Positions 55,164 to 63,771 of a stretch of DNA of 64,000 nucleotides are shown piece after piece (position 1 is the stretch's first letter; every line of letters begins with the position of its first letter). Where the stretch lies: the NCBI GenBank assembly GCA_964638035.1, contig CAZWXD010000004.1, forward strand, positions 17,239-81,238, written 5' to 3'. Source of the stretch: an uncultured Gemmatimonadaceae bacterium. GTDB lineage: Bacteria; Gemmatimonadota; Gemmatimonadetes; Gemmatimonadales; GWC2-71-9. The notes under the pieces are model-generated. The model was not told where the DNA came from. It saw only the letters and a program-made list of their open reading frames with translations, and ran no database searches. Made by a program: the position numbers and the translations under genes.

Positions 55164-55275
55164 CCTTGACGTCAAGGCGTCATGACGTCAAGACGTCACG
55201 GAGCCCTGACGCCCTGACGCCCTGACGCCCTGACGCCCTGACGCCCTGACGCCCTGACGTCACGACGCCCTGTCC
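55164..55275 (-). repeat. Tandem 8-nt array: seven perfect CCCTGACG units (55204-55259) flanked by degenerate units (CCTTGACG, TCAAGGCG, TCATGACG, TCAAGACG, TCACGGAG / TCACGACG, CCCTGTCC).
   Basis: Read directly from the sequence. It lies between the aroH stop (tca at 55260-55262, inside a unit) and the methyltransferase start (55155). It contains a 14-nt palindrome, CCTTGACGTCAAGG, at 55164-55177. Confidence 0.9.
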
Positions 55276-55640
55276 GGCCTCAACGCCACTGCGTCGCGCA
55301 GGTACACGTGGCGGATCTCCTCCCGGGTGCGCGCCGAGTAGGCATGCACCAGCACCCGGATGCACCGCGGCAGGGAGCCGGGCACCGGGATCTCCGAGGA
55401 ATGCAGCAGCGCCACGATGTTCCACCCGAAATCCTCGGCGGCGCGGGCCGGGAAGGCGGCGTCGAGGTCGCGGGTTACCGTAAACAGGGCGCTGACGATA
55501 TCGTCCGGCTCGAGGTCGTTGGCCTCGATCAGCCGCGCGAGGAGCTCGTCGGTGGCTTCGAGGATCAGCGCCTTGTCGTTCGCCGCCACGGTGGTGGCGC
55601 CCCGGATTCCCCGCACGCGAGGAGCGCGGTCGTTTCCCAT
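55260..55640 (-). CDS. aroH: Chorismate mutase, AroH type.
   Basis: Track ORF 55260..55718. ATG 55640 gives MGNDRAPRVRGIRGATTV, matching the AroH N-terminus (IRGIRGATTV). FTVTRDLDAAFPA, RCIRVL. Confidence 0.85.
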   Translation of the reverse strand: MGNDRAPRVRGIRGATTVAANDKALILEATDELLARLIEANDLEPDDIVSALFTVTRDLDAAFPARAAEDFGWNIVALLHSSEIPVPGSLPRCIRVLVHAYSARTREEIRHVYLRDAVALRPDRAS

Positions 55641-55671
55641 GGGCGACAATCTAGCGCCGGGCACCACAGTC

Positions 55672-56595
55672 ATGAGCAGGCTGGCGCAGCATGGCGCAAC
55701 GGCCTGGTGTGCCGCCATGCTCTCGGTGGCCGTTGTCGCTTCGGTACAGGCGCAGAACCTCGAGCCCCGGCTCTACTTCCCGGCGCCCACCGGGATCAAC
55801 GTGCTGGTCGCGACCTACTCCCACGCGAGCGGCTCCGTCCTCGTCGATGCAGCCTTGCCCGTCACCGACTTCCGGTCCACCACGAACACCGCCTTCCTGT
55901 CGTATGCGCGGTCGTTCGGCATGGCCGGGCGCTCGGCGCAGTTCCAGGCCATTGCCCCGTTCGCGGTGGTCGATGCCCGTGCCATCGTTGCCGGGCAGGA
56001 CACCAGCCGCCACATCACGGGTGCGGCCGACCCATTGCTCAGGCTCGCCGTGAACCTGAAGGGCGCCCCGGCGCGGACCCGTCGGGAGTTCGCGACCGCA
56101 CGCTTCGGCACCCTCCTCGGTGCATCACTGAGTGTCGGGCTCCCCCTGGGCCAGTTCGACCCCGCCCGCTACCTGAACATTGGGGCCAATCGCTGGAGCG
56201 TCCGGCCCGAGGTGGCGCTGGTCCAGCCCCTGGGACGGGCCTGGGCCGTGGAGGCGTATGCTGGCGTGACATTCTTCACCGACAACACGGAGTTTCTCCA
56301 AACGTCTACGGTCAGGCAGGCGCCCCTGTTCGCCGGGCAGGGCCACCTCATCCGCCTCCTGGGCCGCCGCGGGTGGCTCGCCCTCGACGCCACCATGTAC
56401 TCGGGCGGCGAGACCACCATCGATGGCGTGACGCAGTCGAACTTCCAGAGCAACCTGCGCCTGGGCGCCACGGGTGTGTACACCTTCCCCGGTGGCCACG
56501 GGATACGGGCAGCGTTCAGCTCCGGCTTCTACACCCGGTTCGGGGGCGACTTCGACGTGGTGTCGGTCGGGTACAGCTACGCGTGGGGTGGGTGA
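55672..56595 (+). CDS. Outer-membrane transporter-like beta-barrel (MetA-pathway/Phenol_MetA_deg-like).
   Basis: Tail of track ORF 55360..56595. ATG 55672 gives a signal peptide ...ASVQAQ. NLEPRLYFPAPTGINVL, ends YSYAWGG. Confidence 0.6.
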   Translation: MSRLAQHGATAWCAAMLSVAVVASVQAQNLEPRLYFPAPTGINVLVATYSHASGSVLVDAALPVTDFRSTTNTAFLSYARSFGMAGRSAQFQAIAPFAVVDARAIVAGQDTSRHITGAADPLLRLAVNLKGAPARTRREFATARFGTLLGASLSVGLPLGQFDPARYLNIGANRWSVRPEVALVQPLGRAWAVEAYAGVTFFTDNTEFLQTSTVRQAPLFAGQGHLIRLLGRRGWLALDATMYSGGETTIDGVTQSNFQSNLRLGATGVYTFPGGHGIRAAFSSGFYTRFGGDFDVVSVGYSYAWGG

Positions 56596-57242
56596 GCGTT
56601 GCACGACATGAAAGGCCATGCTCCCTGACAAGCCACCTCCTGCCCGAACTCCGGCTCCTGCTCGTCACCGACGACGAGGTGCTCGCGGGCCGCGACCTCG
56701 TGGACGCCTGTCTCGCCGCGGTCCGGGGGGGTGTCACGGCGGTGCAGCTCCGCCTCAAGCACGCCGCGCCTCGCGAGCTCGCGGCGTACGCCCGTGCGCT
56801 GCTCCTCGTGCTTCCCGTGCCGCTCTACCTCAACGACCGGCTGGATGTGGCCCTGGCAGTGGGTGCGCGGGGTGTTCACCTGGGGCCCGATGACGTACCT
56901 CCCGCGCTCGCACGCCGGATCGCGCCGCGGGGCCTCGTCATCGGGGCCAGCGTCGGATCGGCTGGCGAGGTGGAGCGCGGTATGGCGGCTGACTACTGGG
57001 GGATCGGTCCCTGGCGAGCGACCGGAACCAAGGCGGATGCCGGCGCGGCACTGGGCGCGGAAGGATTCAGGAGGCTCCAGTCGTGCAGCGGCGGCAGGCC
57101 CTGTGTGGCCATCGGCGGGATCCGCCCCGCGGACGTGCAGCCCGCCCTGGCAACGGGTGCCGCGGGTGTCGCGGTGGTTTCCGGCATCCTCGGCGCTGAC
57201 GACATCGAGGCCGCAGCGCAAAGCTATGCTACCGCGACCTGA
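56592..57242 (+). CDS. thiE: Thiamine-phosphate synthase.
   Basis: Tail of track ORF 55308..57242. GTG 56592 overlaps the upstream stop (GTGA). LRLLLVTDD, VTAVQLRLK, LYLNDRLDVALAVGARGVHLG, GIGP, VAIGGI, VAVVSGI. Confidence 0.85.
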   Translation: MSVARHERPCSLTSHLLPELRLLLVTDDEVLAGRDLVDACLAAVRGGVTAVQLRLKHAAPRELAAYARALLLVLPVPLYLNDRLDVALAVGARGVHLGPDDVPPALARRIAPRGLVIGASVGSAGEVERGMAADYWGIGPWRATGTKADAGAALGAEGFRRLQSCSGGRPCVAIGGIRPADVQPALATGAAGVAVVSGILGADDIEAAAQSYATAT

Positions 57243-58326
57243 GCGAGTCCCCCGGCTGCGCGGAGTCTGCGCGTTCGCCCGCGCCAACCGCCCCGCCCGT
57301 TCCGGTGGTGGCTGCCGTCGCCTGCTCCCGCCGCACCGCCCGGATTGCACGAAGGTGTTCGTTGTACGTGCGCGTGAACACGTGGCGACTGCCGCCGGTG
57401 GCGACGAAGAAGAGGTAGGGCACGTCGGCGGGATAGAGCGCAGCCTCGATGCTCTTCGGTCCCGGGGCGTTCACCGGGCCGGGCGGCAGGCCGGTGTTGC
57501 GGTAGGTGTTGTAGGGGGACGGGAACTGGTAGTCCTTGAAGAGCAGCCGGTTCTTCCGCCGTCCGGTGGCAAGCTGGATGGCATACTGCACCGTGGGATC
57601 GGCCTGGAGCGGCATCTGCTTCCGGATGCGGTTCCAGTAGACGGCGGCGATCACCGGCCGCTCGTCGTCCCGCCGCGCCTCGCCCTCCACGATGGATGCG
57701 AGCGCCAGCAGGTGCAGGCGTGTCATGCCCAGGGAATCGAGCCGGCTGGTCCATTCCGGGGTCCACAGCTCGCGCGCCTTGTCGGCCATGTGCGTCACCA
57801 GGTGCCGGCCCGAGATCCCCTGGGGAACCAGGTAGGTTTCGGGAAGGAGCAGCCCCTCGAACGAGGTGGCGCCGGCGACGTACAGTTGCGCCGCGGCGGC
57901 GTCGCGTGCCGCCACGAGGAAGGAGTCGCGCGGAATCGCCAGCGCCTCCTCCACGATGGGTGCCATCTCCTCCAGCGTCAGGCCCTCGGGGATCGTCACG
58001 CGCAGCAGCACGTGGCGCCCCTGCTCCAGCGCCGTGATCACCGCCCAGGCCGAGGAGCCCCTCGGGAGCTCGTACACTCCCGCCTTGAGCTTCCGGTCGA
58101 GCCGCCGCGCCCGGGCCAGCACCTTGAAGCTGGTCCGGTTCCGGATGATGCCATGCGCGGCGAGGGAATCGGTCATCGCCGAGAAGGTGCTGTGCTCGGG
58201 GATCGTGACGCGCTCGGCGGGCCCCGCCGGGGCGGAGCAGGACAGGGTCGCGACGGCGGTGAGCACGGCAAGGCTGAAGGCCCGCACCCATTGCCTGCCC
58301 CACGTCCGCATGCCGGGATCAGTCAC
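57229..58326 (-). CDS. mltG: Endolytic murein transglycosylase MltG (YceG-like).
   Basis: Track ORF of 365 aa: VTIPEGLTLEEMA, LASIVEGEA, VYWNRI, LQADPTVQYA, SPYNTYRNTGLPPGPVNAPG. Confidence 0.9.
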   Translation of the reverse strand: MTDPGMRTWGRQWVRAFSLAVLTAVATLSCSAPAGPAERVTIPEHSTFSAMTDSLAAHGIIRNRTSFKVLARARRLDRKLKAGVYELPRGSSAWAVITALEQGRHVLLRVTIPEGLTLEEMAPIVEEALAIPRDSFLVAARDAAAAQLYVAGATSFEGLLLPETYLVPQGISGRHLVTHMADKARELWTPEWTSRLDSLGMTRLHLLALASIVEGEARRDDERPVIAAVYWNRIRKQMPLQADPTVQYAIQLATGRRKNRLLFKDYQFPSPYNTYRNTGLPPGPVNAPGPKSIEAALYPADVPYLFFVATGGSRHVFTRTYNEHLRAIRAVRREQATAATTGTGGAVGAGERADSAQPGDSLRSR

Positions 58327-58335
58327 GTGACCTCA

Positions 58336-58833
58336 TCATCCGCCGTTGTCGCCTTCGCCGCCTGCTCCATCCTGGCCGAATCGGTCTTCGCCGCCGTTCG
58401 GTCCCCGCCTCCCGTCCAGCCACCCCTGCAGCAGCACACTCGCCGCGAGGGCGTCCACGTCATTCCGCCGCCCCCGCGTGCTGCCGCCCTGGGCCTGGAT
58501 CTCCCGGTGTGCGCGGGCGGTGGTGAACCGCTCGTCCAGGTAGGCCACCGGTAGCGCGGTCCGGTGCCGCATCAACTCGCCCAGCTCCCGGGCGCCGCGA
58601 GCGGCCTCGCCCTCGTCACCCTCGGGTGTGAGCGGGAGCCCCACGACAATGCCAACCGGCCCGTGATCGGCAACGTGGGCCAGCAGCGCCGGCATCGGGA
58701 ACCGCTTCCCGGAACGGCGGGTCACCGTGCCCAGCGGCGAGGCCAGGATCTGCAGTTCGTCGGACAGCGCCATGCCGATGCGGACCTCGCCCCAGTCGAG
58801 GGCCATCACCCGTCCCTGCCGCGGAATCTCCAT
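58336..58833 (-). CDS. ruvX: Holliday-junction resolvase-like nuclease RuvX (YqgF).
   Basis: Track ORF 58336..58938. The start is ATG 58833 or ATG 58806 (MALDWGEVRIGMALSD fits the YqgF N-terminus). IVVGLPL, YLDERFTT, VDALAASVLLQ. Confidence 0.85.
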   Translation of the reverse strand: MEIPRQGRVMALDWGEVRIGMALSDELQILASPLGTVTRRSGKRFPMPALLAHVADHGPVGIVVGLPLTPEGDEGEAARGARELGELMRHRTALPVAYLDERFTTARAHREIQAQGGSTRGRRNDVDALAASVLLQGWLDGRRGPNGGEDRFGQDGAGGEGDNGG

Positions 58834-58856
58834 GCGGAAACGTACACGCGAGAGGG

Positions 58857-59441
58857 GTGTATCTTGCTCGCGTGCGCCCCTTTTCCGTTGCCGCCCTCCT
58901 CCTCGTCGCCGTCCCGGCCGGGGCACCGGCACAGGCAACCCCCGAGGCGGCTGCGATGGTCATGGCCGATGCCGTGCGGCGGAGCGACTGGGCCGCGGCC
59001 GCGCGCCTCATGCATCCCGATGCGCTCCTGCAGCTGCGGAACCTCTTCCAGCCATTCCTGGCCATGCCCGACATGCAGGAGCTTGGGCCGGAACTCTTTG
59101 GCACGCCCAACACCGACCTTGCCGCCACCCCCGACACCATCCTCTACGCGCGGTTCCTGGGCAAGGTCATGGCCCAGCTTCCGGGCATGGACCGCGCGCT
59201 CCAGGGGGCGACGATCACGCCGCTGGGGCACGTTCCGGGCGGGGCGGACACCGTGCTGGTGGTGAACCGGATGGTCCTCACCCTGGACGGCATGACCATC
59301 TCGCAGTTCGACGTGATGCCGTTCCGGCTGGAGAACGGCAGGTGGTGGGCGCTCCTCAAGTCCGACTTCACCAACATGGCCGCGATGCTCCAGCGGGCGG
59401 CCAGCGCACCAGTGCCAGCGGCGCCACCCACCCGGAACTGA
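58857..59441 (+). CDS. Hypothetical secreted protein.
   Basis: Track ORF of 194 aa. Signal peptide ...AGAPAQA. Ordinary amino-acid composition. No family recognised. Confidence 0.45.
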   Translation: MYLARVRPFSVAALLLVAVPAGAPAQATPEAAAMVMADAVRRSDWAAAARLMHPDALLQLRNLFQPFLAMPDMQELGPELFGTPNTDLAATPDTILYARFLGKVMAQLPGMDRALQGATITPLGHVPGGADTVLVVNRMVLTLDGMTISQFDVMPFRLENGRWWALLKSDFTNMAAMLQRAASAPVPAAPPTRN

Positions 59442-59472
59442 TCGCGCCTGCTTCCTCGCGTCCCGGCGCCCC

Positions 59473-60720
59473 CTACTGCGCCATCGTCGCGAAGAACTCC
59501 TTGTTGTTCTTCGTGCGCTTCATCCGCTCCAGCAGGAACTCCAGTGCCTCCACCGGTGGCATGTCGGCCAGGAAGTTCCGCAGCAGGTACACCCGGTTGA
59601 GCTCGTCCTTGTCCATCAGCAGCTCTTCCTTGCGGGTGCTGGTGCGCTGGATGTCGATGGCGGGGTAGATGCGCCGGTCGGCCAGGCGCCGGTCGAGCAC
59701 CAGCTCCATGTTGCCGGTGCCCTTGAACTCCTCGAAGATCACCTCGTCCATGCGGCTGCCGGTGTCGATCAGCGCCGTGGCGATGATGGTGAGGCTCCCG
59801 CCCTTCTCGATGTTGCGCGCGGCACCGAAGAACCGCTTCGGCTTCTGCAGCGCGTTGGCATCCACGCCGCCGGAGAGGATCTTGCCCGAGTGGGGCACCA
59901 CCACGTTGTGCGCCCGCGCCAGGCGGGTGATCGAGTCCAGCAGGATCACCACGTCCCGCCCGTGCTCCACCAGCCGCTTGGCCTTCTCGATCACCATGTC
60001 GGCCACCTGCACGTGCCGGTCGGCTGGCTCGTCGAAGGTGCTGGCGATCACCTCGGCCTGCACGTTCTCCTGCATGTCGGTGACTTCCTCGGGCCGCTCG
60101 TCGATCAGCAGCACGATGAGGACGCAGTCGGGATGGTTCTCGCTGATGGCGTTGGCCAGCTTCTGCATCAGGATCGTCTTGCCGGCCTTGGGTGGGGCCA
60201 CGATCAGGCCGCGCTGCCCCTTGCCGATGGGCGAGAGGAGGTCCACCACCCGCATGGACAGGTCTCCGTTCGACCGCTCCAGCCGGATCCGCGAGTCGGG
60301 ATAGCGCGGCTTGAGGTTGTCGAACGCGATCCGGTGCTTGGTCTTCTCCGGCTCCTCGTAGTTGACGCTCTCCACCTTGAGGAGCGCCAGGTACCGCTCA
60401 CCCTCCTTGGGCGGGCGCACCTGCCCGGTGACCGTGTCGCCGGTGCGGAGGTCGAACCGCTTGATCTGGCTGGGCGAGACGTAGATGTCGTCGGGACCGT
60501 AGAGGTAGTTCCAGTCCTGGCTGCGCAGGAACCCGTAGCCCTCGGGGAGGATTTCCAGCACGCCCTCGCCGCGGATGACCGTGTCCTGGTCGAGCAGGGA
60601 CTGCTCGATGCGGAAGATCAGGTCCTGCTTGCGCAGCCCCGAGTAGTTCGTGATGTTGAGCTTCTCGGCCAGCTCGTGCAGTTCGGCAACGGATTTCTGC
60701 TTCAGCTCAGCGATATCCAC
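59473..60720 (-). CDS. rho: Transcription termination factor Rho.
   Basis: Track ORF 59473..60900. GTG 60720 (GGAG 8 nt upstream) gives [23 protein letters not shown], the canonical Rho N-terminus. [24 protein letters not shown], and the remainder is colinear with Rho. Confidence 0.95.
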   Translation of the reverse strand: MDIAELKQKSVAELHELAEKLNITNYSGLRKQDLIFRIEQSLLDQDTVIRGEGVLEILPEGYGFLRSQDWNYLYGPDDIYVSPSQIKRFDLRTGDTVTGQVRPPKEGERYLALLKVESVNYEEPEKTKHRIAFDNLKPRYPDSRIRLERSNGDLSMRVVDLLSPIGKGQRGLIVAPPKAGKTILMQKLANAISENHPDCVLIVLLIDERPEEVTDMQENVQAEVIASTFDEPADRHVQVADMVIEKAKRLVEHGRDVVILLDSITRLARAHNVVVPHSGKILSGGVDANALQKPKRFFGAARNIEKGGSLTIIATALIDTGSRMDEVIFEEFKGTGNMELVLDRRLADRRIYPAIDIQRTSTRKEELLMDKDELNRVYLLRNFLADMPPVEALEFLLERMKRTKNNKEFFATMAQ

Positions 60721-60942
60721 GGGTGGGGCTCCAGGCGTGTCAGGCGACGCCGCGGTGCGCGGCGGTCGGGTGCTGCGTTCTGGGGAAGGCTTTCGAGTGC
60801 TCGTGTTGGACAACCGGAAAAGGGGCCTGGGGAGCCGGGATCGCTCAACGGCCTGCACGTCTTGTCTTGGGGAGCGTATGTCGCTGGGGCCAGCCGACAC
60901 AAACGTAAGGCGCGCCGCTCGGGGGCGTCAAGAGGCCCGCCG

Positions 60943-62193
60943 GTGACCCCCTCCCGGCGGGCCGCCCTCTGGGCGGCAGGCGGCTCGGCCGCCCTCGTCA
61001 TGCTCCTCACCCTCTGGCCCCTGCCGGAGCAGGCCTACCAGTCGAGCCGACTGCCAGTCACCTGCCTCGTCTGCGGAGACCAGGGGCTGCAGGATGTCTT
61101 CCAGAACATCCTCATGCTCCTCCCCATGGGCCTCGCCCTCGGGCTGGCCGGGGTGCCCCCCAGGCGTGCAGCCCTCCTCGGGCTTGCCCTGTCGCTGTTC
61201 GTCGAGGTCATGCAGCTCGGCGTCATCACCGGTCGCGATGCCTCCCTGAGCGACCTGCTCACCAACACGCTGGGCACCTGGCTGGGCGCCCGCCTGGCGC
61301 CGTACCTGGGCGTCCTGTTCCGACCCGGACCCCGGGCGGCCCGGCGGCTCGCGCTGGGCGCATCGGTGGCGTGGGCGCTGCTCTGGGCTTTCGGTGCCTG
61401 GGCCATCGGCAATGACGCCGGGCATGGTGGCTGGCGCGGACGCTTTCCCGGTGACCTGCCCGATGCCCCGGCGCTCAATGGCGAGGCGCTGTCGGCGACC
61501 GTCAATGGCGCATCACTCGGCGTGGTGCCTCGCGCCCTGCCCCGGTCGGTGGAAGGCGAGTTCGTTCGCGGGCGGCTGGCCATCGAGGGGGCCGTGACCG
61601 TGGGGCCGCCCATCGCCTGGCGCGAGAATGTGATCACCATCATCGACATCGACTCCACGCGCCCCCGGGGCAACAACCAGCTGGTGGTCGTGCTCAACCG
61701 CGTCAGGAAGAAGGCGCTGCTTTCCTGGCGCATCAAGGCCGCCGATGTCCTGCTCCGGACGCCGAGCTTCAACCTGGGCCCCATGTTCGACGTCCCCGCG
61801 GGCGGCCGTGTCGAGTTCGCCATCGAGCGCCGGGGGGGAGTGCTCCGGGCGCAGGGCTCCGGGGCGGGGCCTGCCATCTCCACCACCTACCGGCTGGGCC
61901 CGGAGATGCTCTACAGCATCCTGGCCCCGCGCTCGCCGCGACCCACGCTGGCGTGGGCCGTCGAGTCGCTGCTGTGGGCGGCATGTCTCCTGGTAGTCAC
62001 GGGGTACTGGGCGGGGAGGGCGGGCACGTGGGTGCCTGGCGCGGTGGCAGCCGTGGCTGTGGTGGCACAAGTGGTGGTACCGTGGATCTTTCCCGTGGCG
62101 TCACAGACCCTGCTTGGCTGGACCATGCTGCTCGGCGGATTGCTGCTCGGAGTGTTGCTGGGACGAGGCGTCACAAACAGGAGCGGCACATGA
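60943..62193 (+). CDS. VanZ-like membrane protein with an extended extracytoplasmic and C-terminal TM region.
   Basis: Tail of track ORF 59890..62193, starting at GTG 60943. N-terminal VanZ-like TM bundle (FQNILMLLPMGLALG, FVEVMQL, DLLTNTLGTWLG), a soluble middle part and two C-terminal TM segments. Confidence 0.55.
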   Translation: MTPSRRAALWAAGGSAALVMLLTLWPLPEQAYQSSRLPVTCLVCGDQGLQDVFQNILMLLPMGLALGLAGVPPRRAALLGLALSLFVEVMQLGVITGRDASLSDLLTNTLGTWLGARLAPYLGVLFRPGPRAARRLALGASVAWALLWAFGAWAIGNDAGHGGWRGRFPGDLPDAPALNGEALSATVNGASLGVVPRALPRSVEGEFVRGRLAIEGAVTVGPPIAWRENVITIIDIDSTRPRGNNQLVVVLNRVRKKALLSWRIKAADVLLRTPSFNLGPMFDVPAGGRVEFAIERRGGVLRAQGSGAGPAISTTYRLGPEMLYSILAPRSPRPTLAWAVESLLWAACLLVVTGYWAGRAGTWVPGAVAAVAVVAQVVVPWIFPVASQTLLGWTMLLGGLLLGVLLGRGVTNRSGT

Positions 62194-62681
62194 ACCTGCG
62201 CATCCTCGCTGGCCTGATCCTTGGGGCCCTGGCCGTCCAGCCCCTGCGCGCCCAGTCACCCGGAACCAGCGAGAAAGGATCCCCCATGCCCCTCACGGCC
62301 GAAGGCACATTCGACGTCAAGGTGTCGCCCGTCCCACCCGACGCCAGTGACCGTGCCGGCGCGGCCCGCCTCACCCTCGACAAGACCTTCCACGGTGGTA
62401 TCACCGGTACCAGTACCGGCATCATGCTTGGCGTTCAGGGTGCCGTGAAGGGGTCGGGCGCCTACGTCGCCATCGAGAAGGTCACGGGCACGGTCAATGG
62501 CCGCCGAGGATCCTTCGTGCTGCAGCACAACGGCACCATGCAGGGTGGTGCCTTCACCCTCCAGGTCGTGGTGGTTCCCGACTCGGGCACCGAGGACCTC
62601 ACCGGCATCGCCGGGACGCTGGCGATCGTGATTGCACCGGACGGAACGCACTCCTACCGATTGGAGTACACCTTGCCCTGA
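62190..62681 (+). CDS. DUF3224-like secreted protein.
   Basis: Tail of track ORF 61953..62681. ATG 62190 overlaps the upstream stop (ATGA) and has GGAG upstream. Signal peptide ...PLRAQ. GTFDVKVSP, GSFVLQHNGTMQGG, VVVPDSGTEDLTGIAG, HSYRLEYTL. Confidence 0.65.
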   Translation: MNLRILAGLILGALAVQPLRAQSPGTSEKGSPMPLTAEGTFDVKVSPVPPDASDRAGAARLTLDKTFHGGITGTSTGIMLGVQGAVKGSGAYVAIEKVTGTVNGRRGSFVLQHNGTMQGGAFTLQVVVVPDSGTEDLTGIAGTLAIVIAPDGTHSYRLEYTLP

Positions 62682-62985
62682 GGGGAGGCTTTGGACAGGG
62701 CCAAGAGGCCGCTCCGTCATGATCGAATCGCTCACATTCGGGCGTTGCAGGCATCGGGCGCCGGACCTCCAACATGGCATGCATAGTGCCTCCTCCGCGG
62801 TGCCGTCGCCGGCCTCGCGACCTTGGCTCGCGCGCCCAGCAAATTGGGCCATGGGCTGATCGTCCCATACTGGCCTGTCTTGTCGTTACCTGGACCGCTC
62901 CATCAGTCCTGAAAGCCGGGCCGAACCACCGGAGGCCGCAGGCGGCACCAAGGCACTGACGGTGACACCGGTCGGAGGGTGATGC

Positions 62986-63771
62986 ATGCCCGCAACACCA
63001 GCGGTGACCGGATTGCTGCGTTTCGGACTGCGGAGGCCCGACCAGGCATTCCGGCTTTTCTGCTTTCCATACGCAGGAGGTGGGGCATCGGCCTACCGGC
63101 TCTGGCCTGCCGCTCTGCCGGCGTTTGTGGACGTGCTTGCGATCCAGTTGCCCGGCACCGAGAGTAGAGTCCGGGAGGCACCGCTTCACTCCATTCCCGG
63201 GATGGTCGACGAGTTTGCCCCCCTCATTGCAAGCCAGTCCGACCTCCCGTTCGGGTTCTTCGGGCATAGCCTGGGTTCCGTCCTCGCCTTCGAGGTTGCG
63301 CGCGCGCTCCGGCGTGTCGGTGCGGCCCAACCCCGGTTCCTCATTGTCTCGGGGCGTCGCCCCCCGCGCGTGCCGGACCGTCATGCCCCGCTGCGGCACC
63401 TCCCTGATGGAGAACTCGTCACTCACATCGACGCACGGTACGGTGGCATCCGTCGTGAGGTATTCCAGCACCCCGAGCTGATGGAGCTCCTGCTGCCGGG
63501 GCTCCGGGCCAGCATCTCAGCACTCGAAACCTACGAGTTCTACGACGAGCCCCCGCTTGCCTGCCCGGTGTTGGCCTTGGGTGGTGCCTCTGACCCGATG
63601 GCTCCCCTGTCAGATCTCGCGGCATGGAGGGCCGAGACAACCGGGCCATTCTCCAGCCGACAGTATCCGGGCGGGCACTTTTACCTCCTCTCCGACCCCC
63701 AACCCATCCTGGCTGAGGTCGTGGCTGCAGTGCAGGCCTGCGCGCCCTTGCCGGAGCCGCCTCTGGCATGA
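62986..63771 (+). CDS. Type II thioesterase (alpha/beta hydrolase, GrsT/RifR-like).
   Basis: Track ORF of 261 aa. GGAGGG lies 6 nt upstream of the ATG. LFCFPYAGGGASAYRLW, GHSLGSVLAFEVA, GGHFY. Confidence 0.85.
   Translation: MPATPAVTGLLRFGLRRPDQAFRLFCFPYAGGGASAYRLWPAALPAFVDVLAIQLPGTESRVREAPLHSIPGMVDEFAPLIASQSDLPFGFFGHSLGSVLAFEVARALRRVGAAQPRFLIVSGRRPPRVPDRHAPLRHLPDGELVTHIDARYGGIRREVFQHPELMELLLPGLRASISALETYEFYDEPPLACPVLALGGASDPMAPLSDLAAWRAETTGPFSSRQYPGGHFYLLSDPQPILAEVVAAVQACAPLPEPPLA

Noticed and set aside
55204-55259. Possibility that the octamer arrays are CRISPR arrays, or coding (track ORF 55180..55425 translates them as GVRASGRQ repeats).
   Set aside because: The unit is 8 nt with no spacers, so it is not CRISPR. 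The 8-nt period is not a multiple of 3, and the 81-aa ORF has no start context, so it is not a repeat protein.
56731-58554. 607-aa plus-strand ORF. The 5' parts of ORFs 55308..57242, 59890..62193, 15161..16930 and 23786..25531 fall in the same class.
   Set aside because: The upstream portions are antisense shadows of mltG/ruvX, aroH, rho, the GT2 and the preceding GT2 respectively. Only the 3' portions carrying family motifs were kept, with starts that overlap the upstream stop codons.
60721-60900. 60-codon N-terminal extension of rho (track start 60900).
   Set aside because: The extension is Pro/Arg/Ser-rich and not Rho-like. GTG 60720 with an upstream GGAG gives the canonical MDIAELK... 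N-terminus. An N-terminal insertion domain cannot be fully excluded.
62599-63471. 290-aa minus-strand ORF overlapping the thioesterase gene.
   Set aside because: It has no motifs and shadow-like composition, whereas the plus-strand frame has a textbook TEII sequence with an SD.
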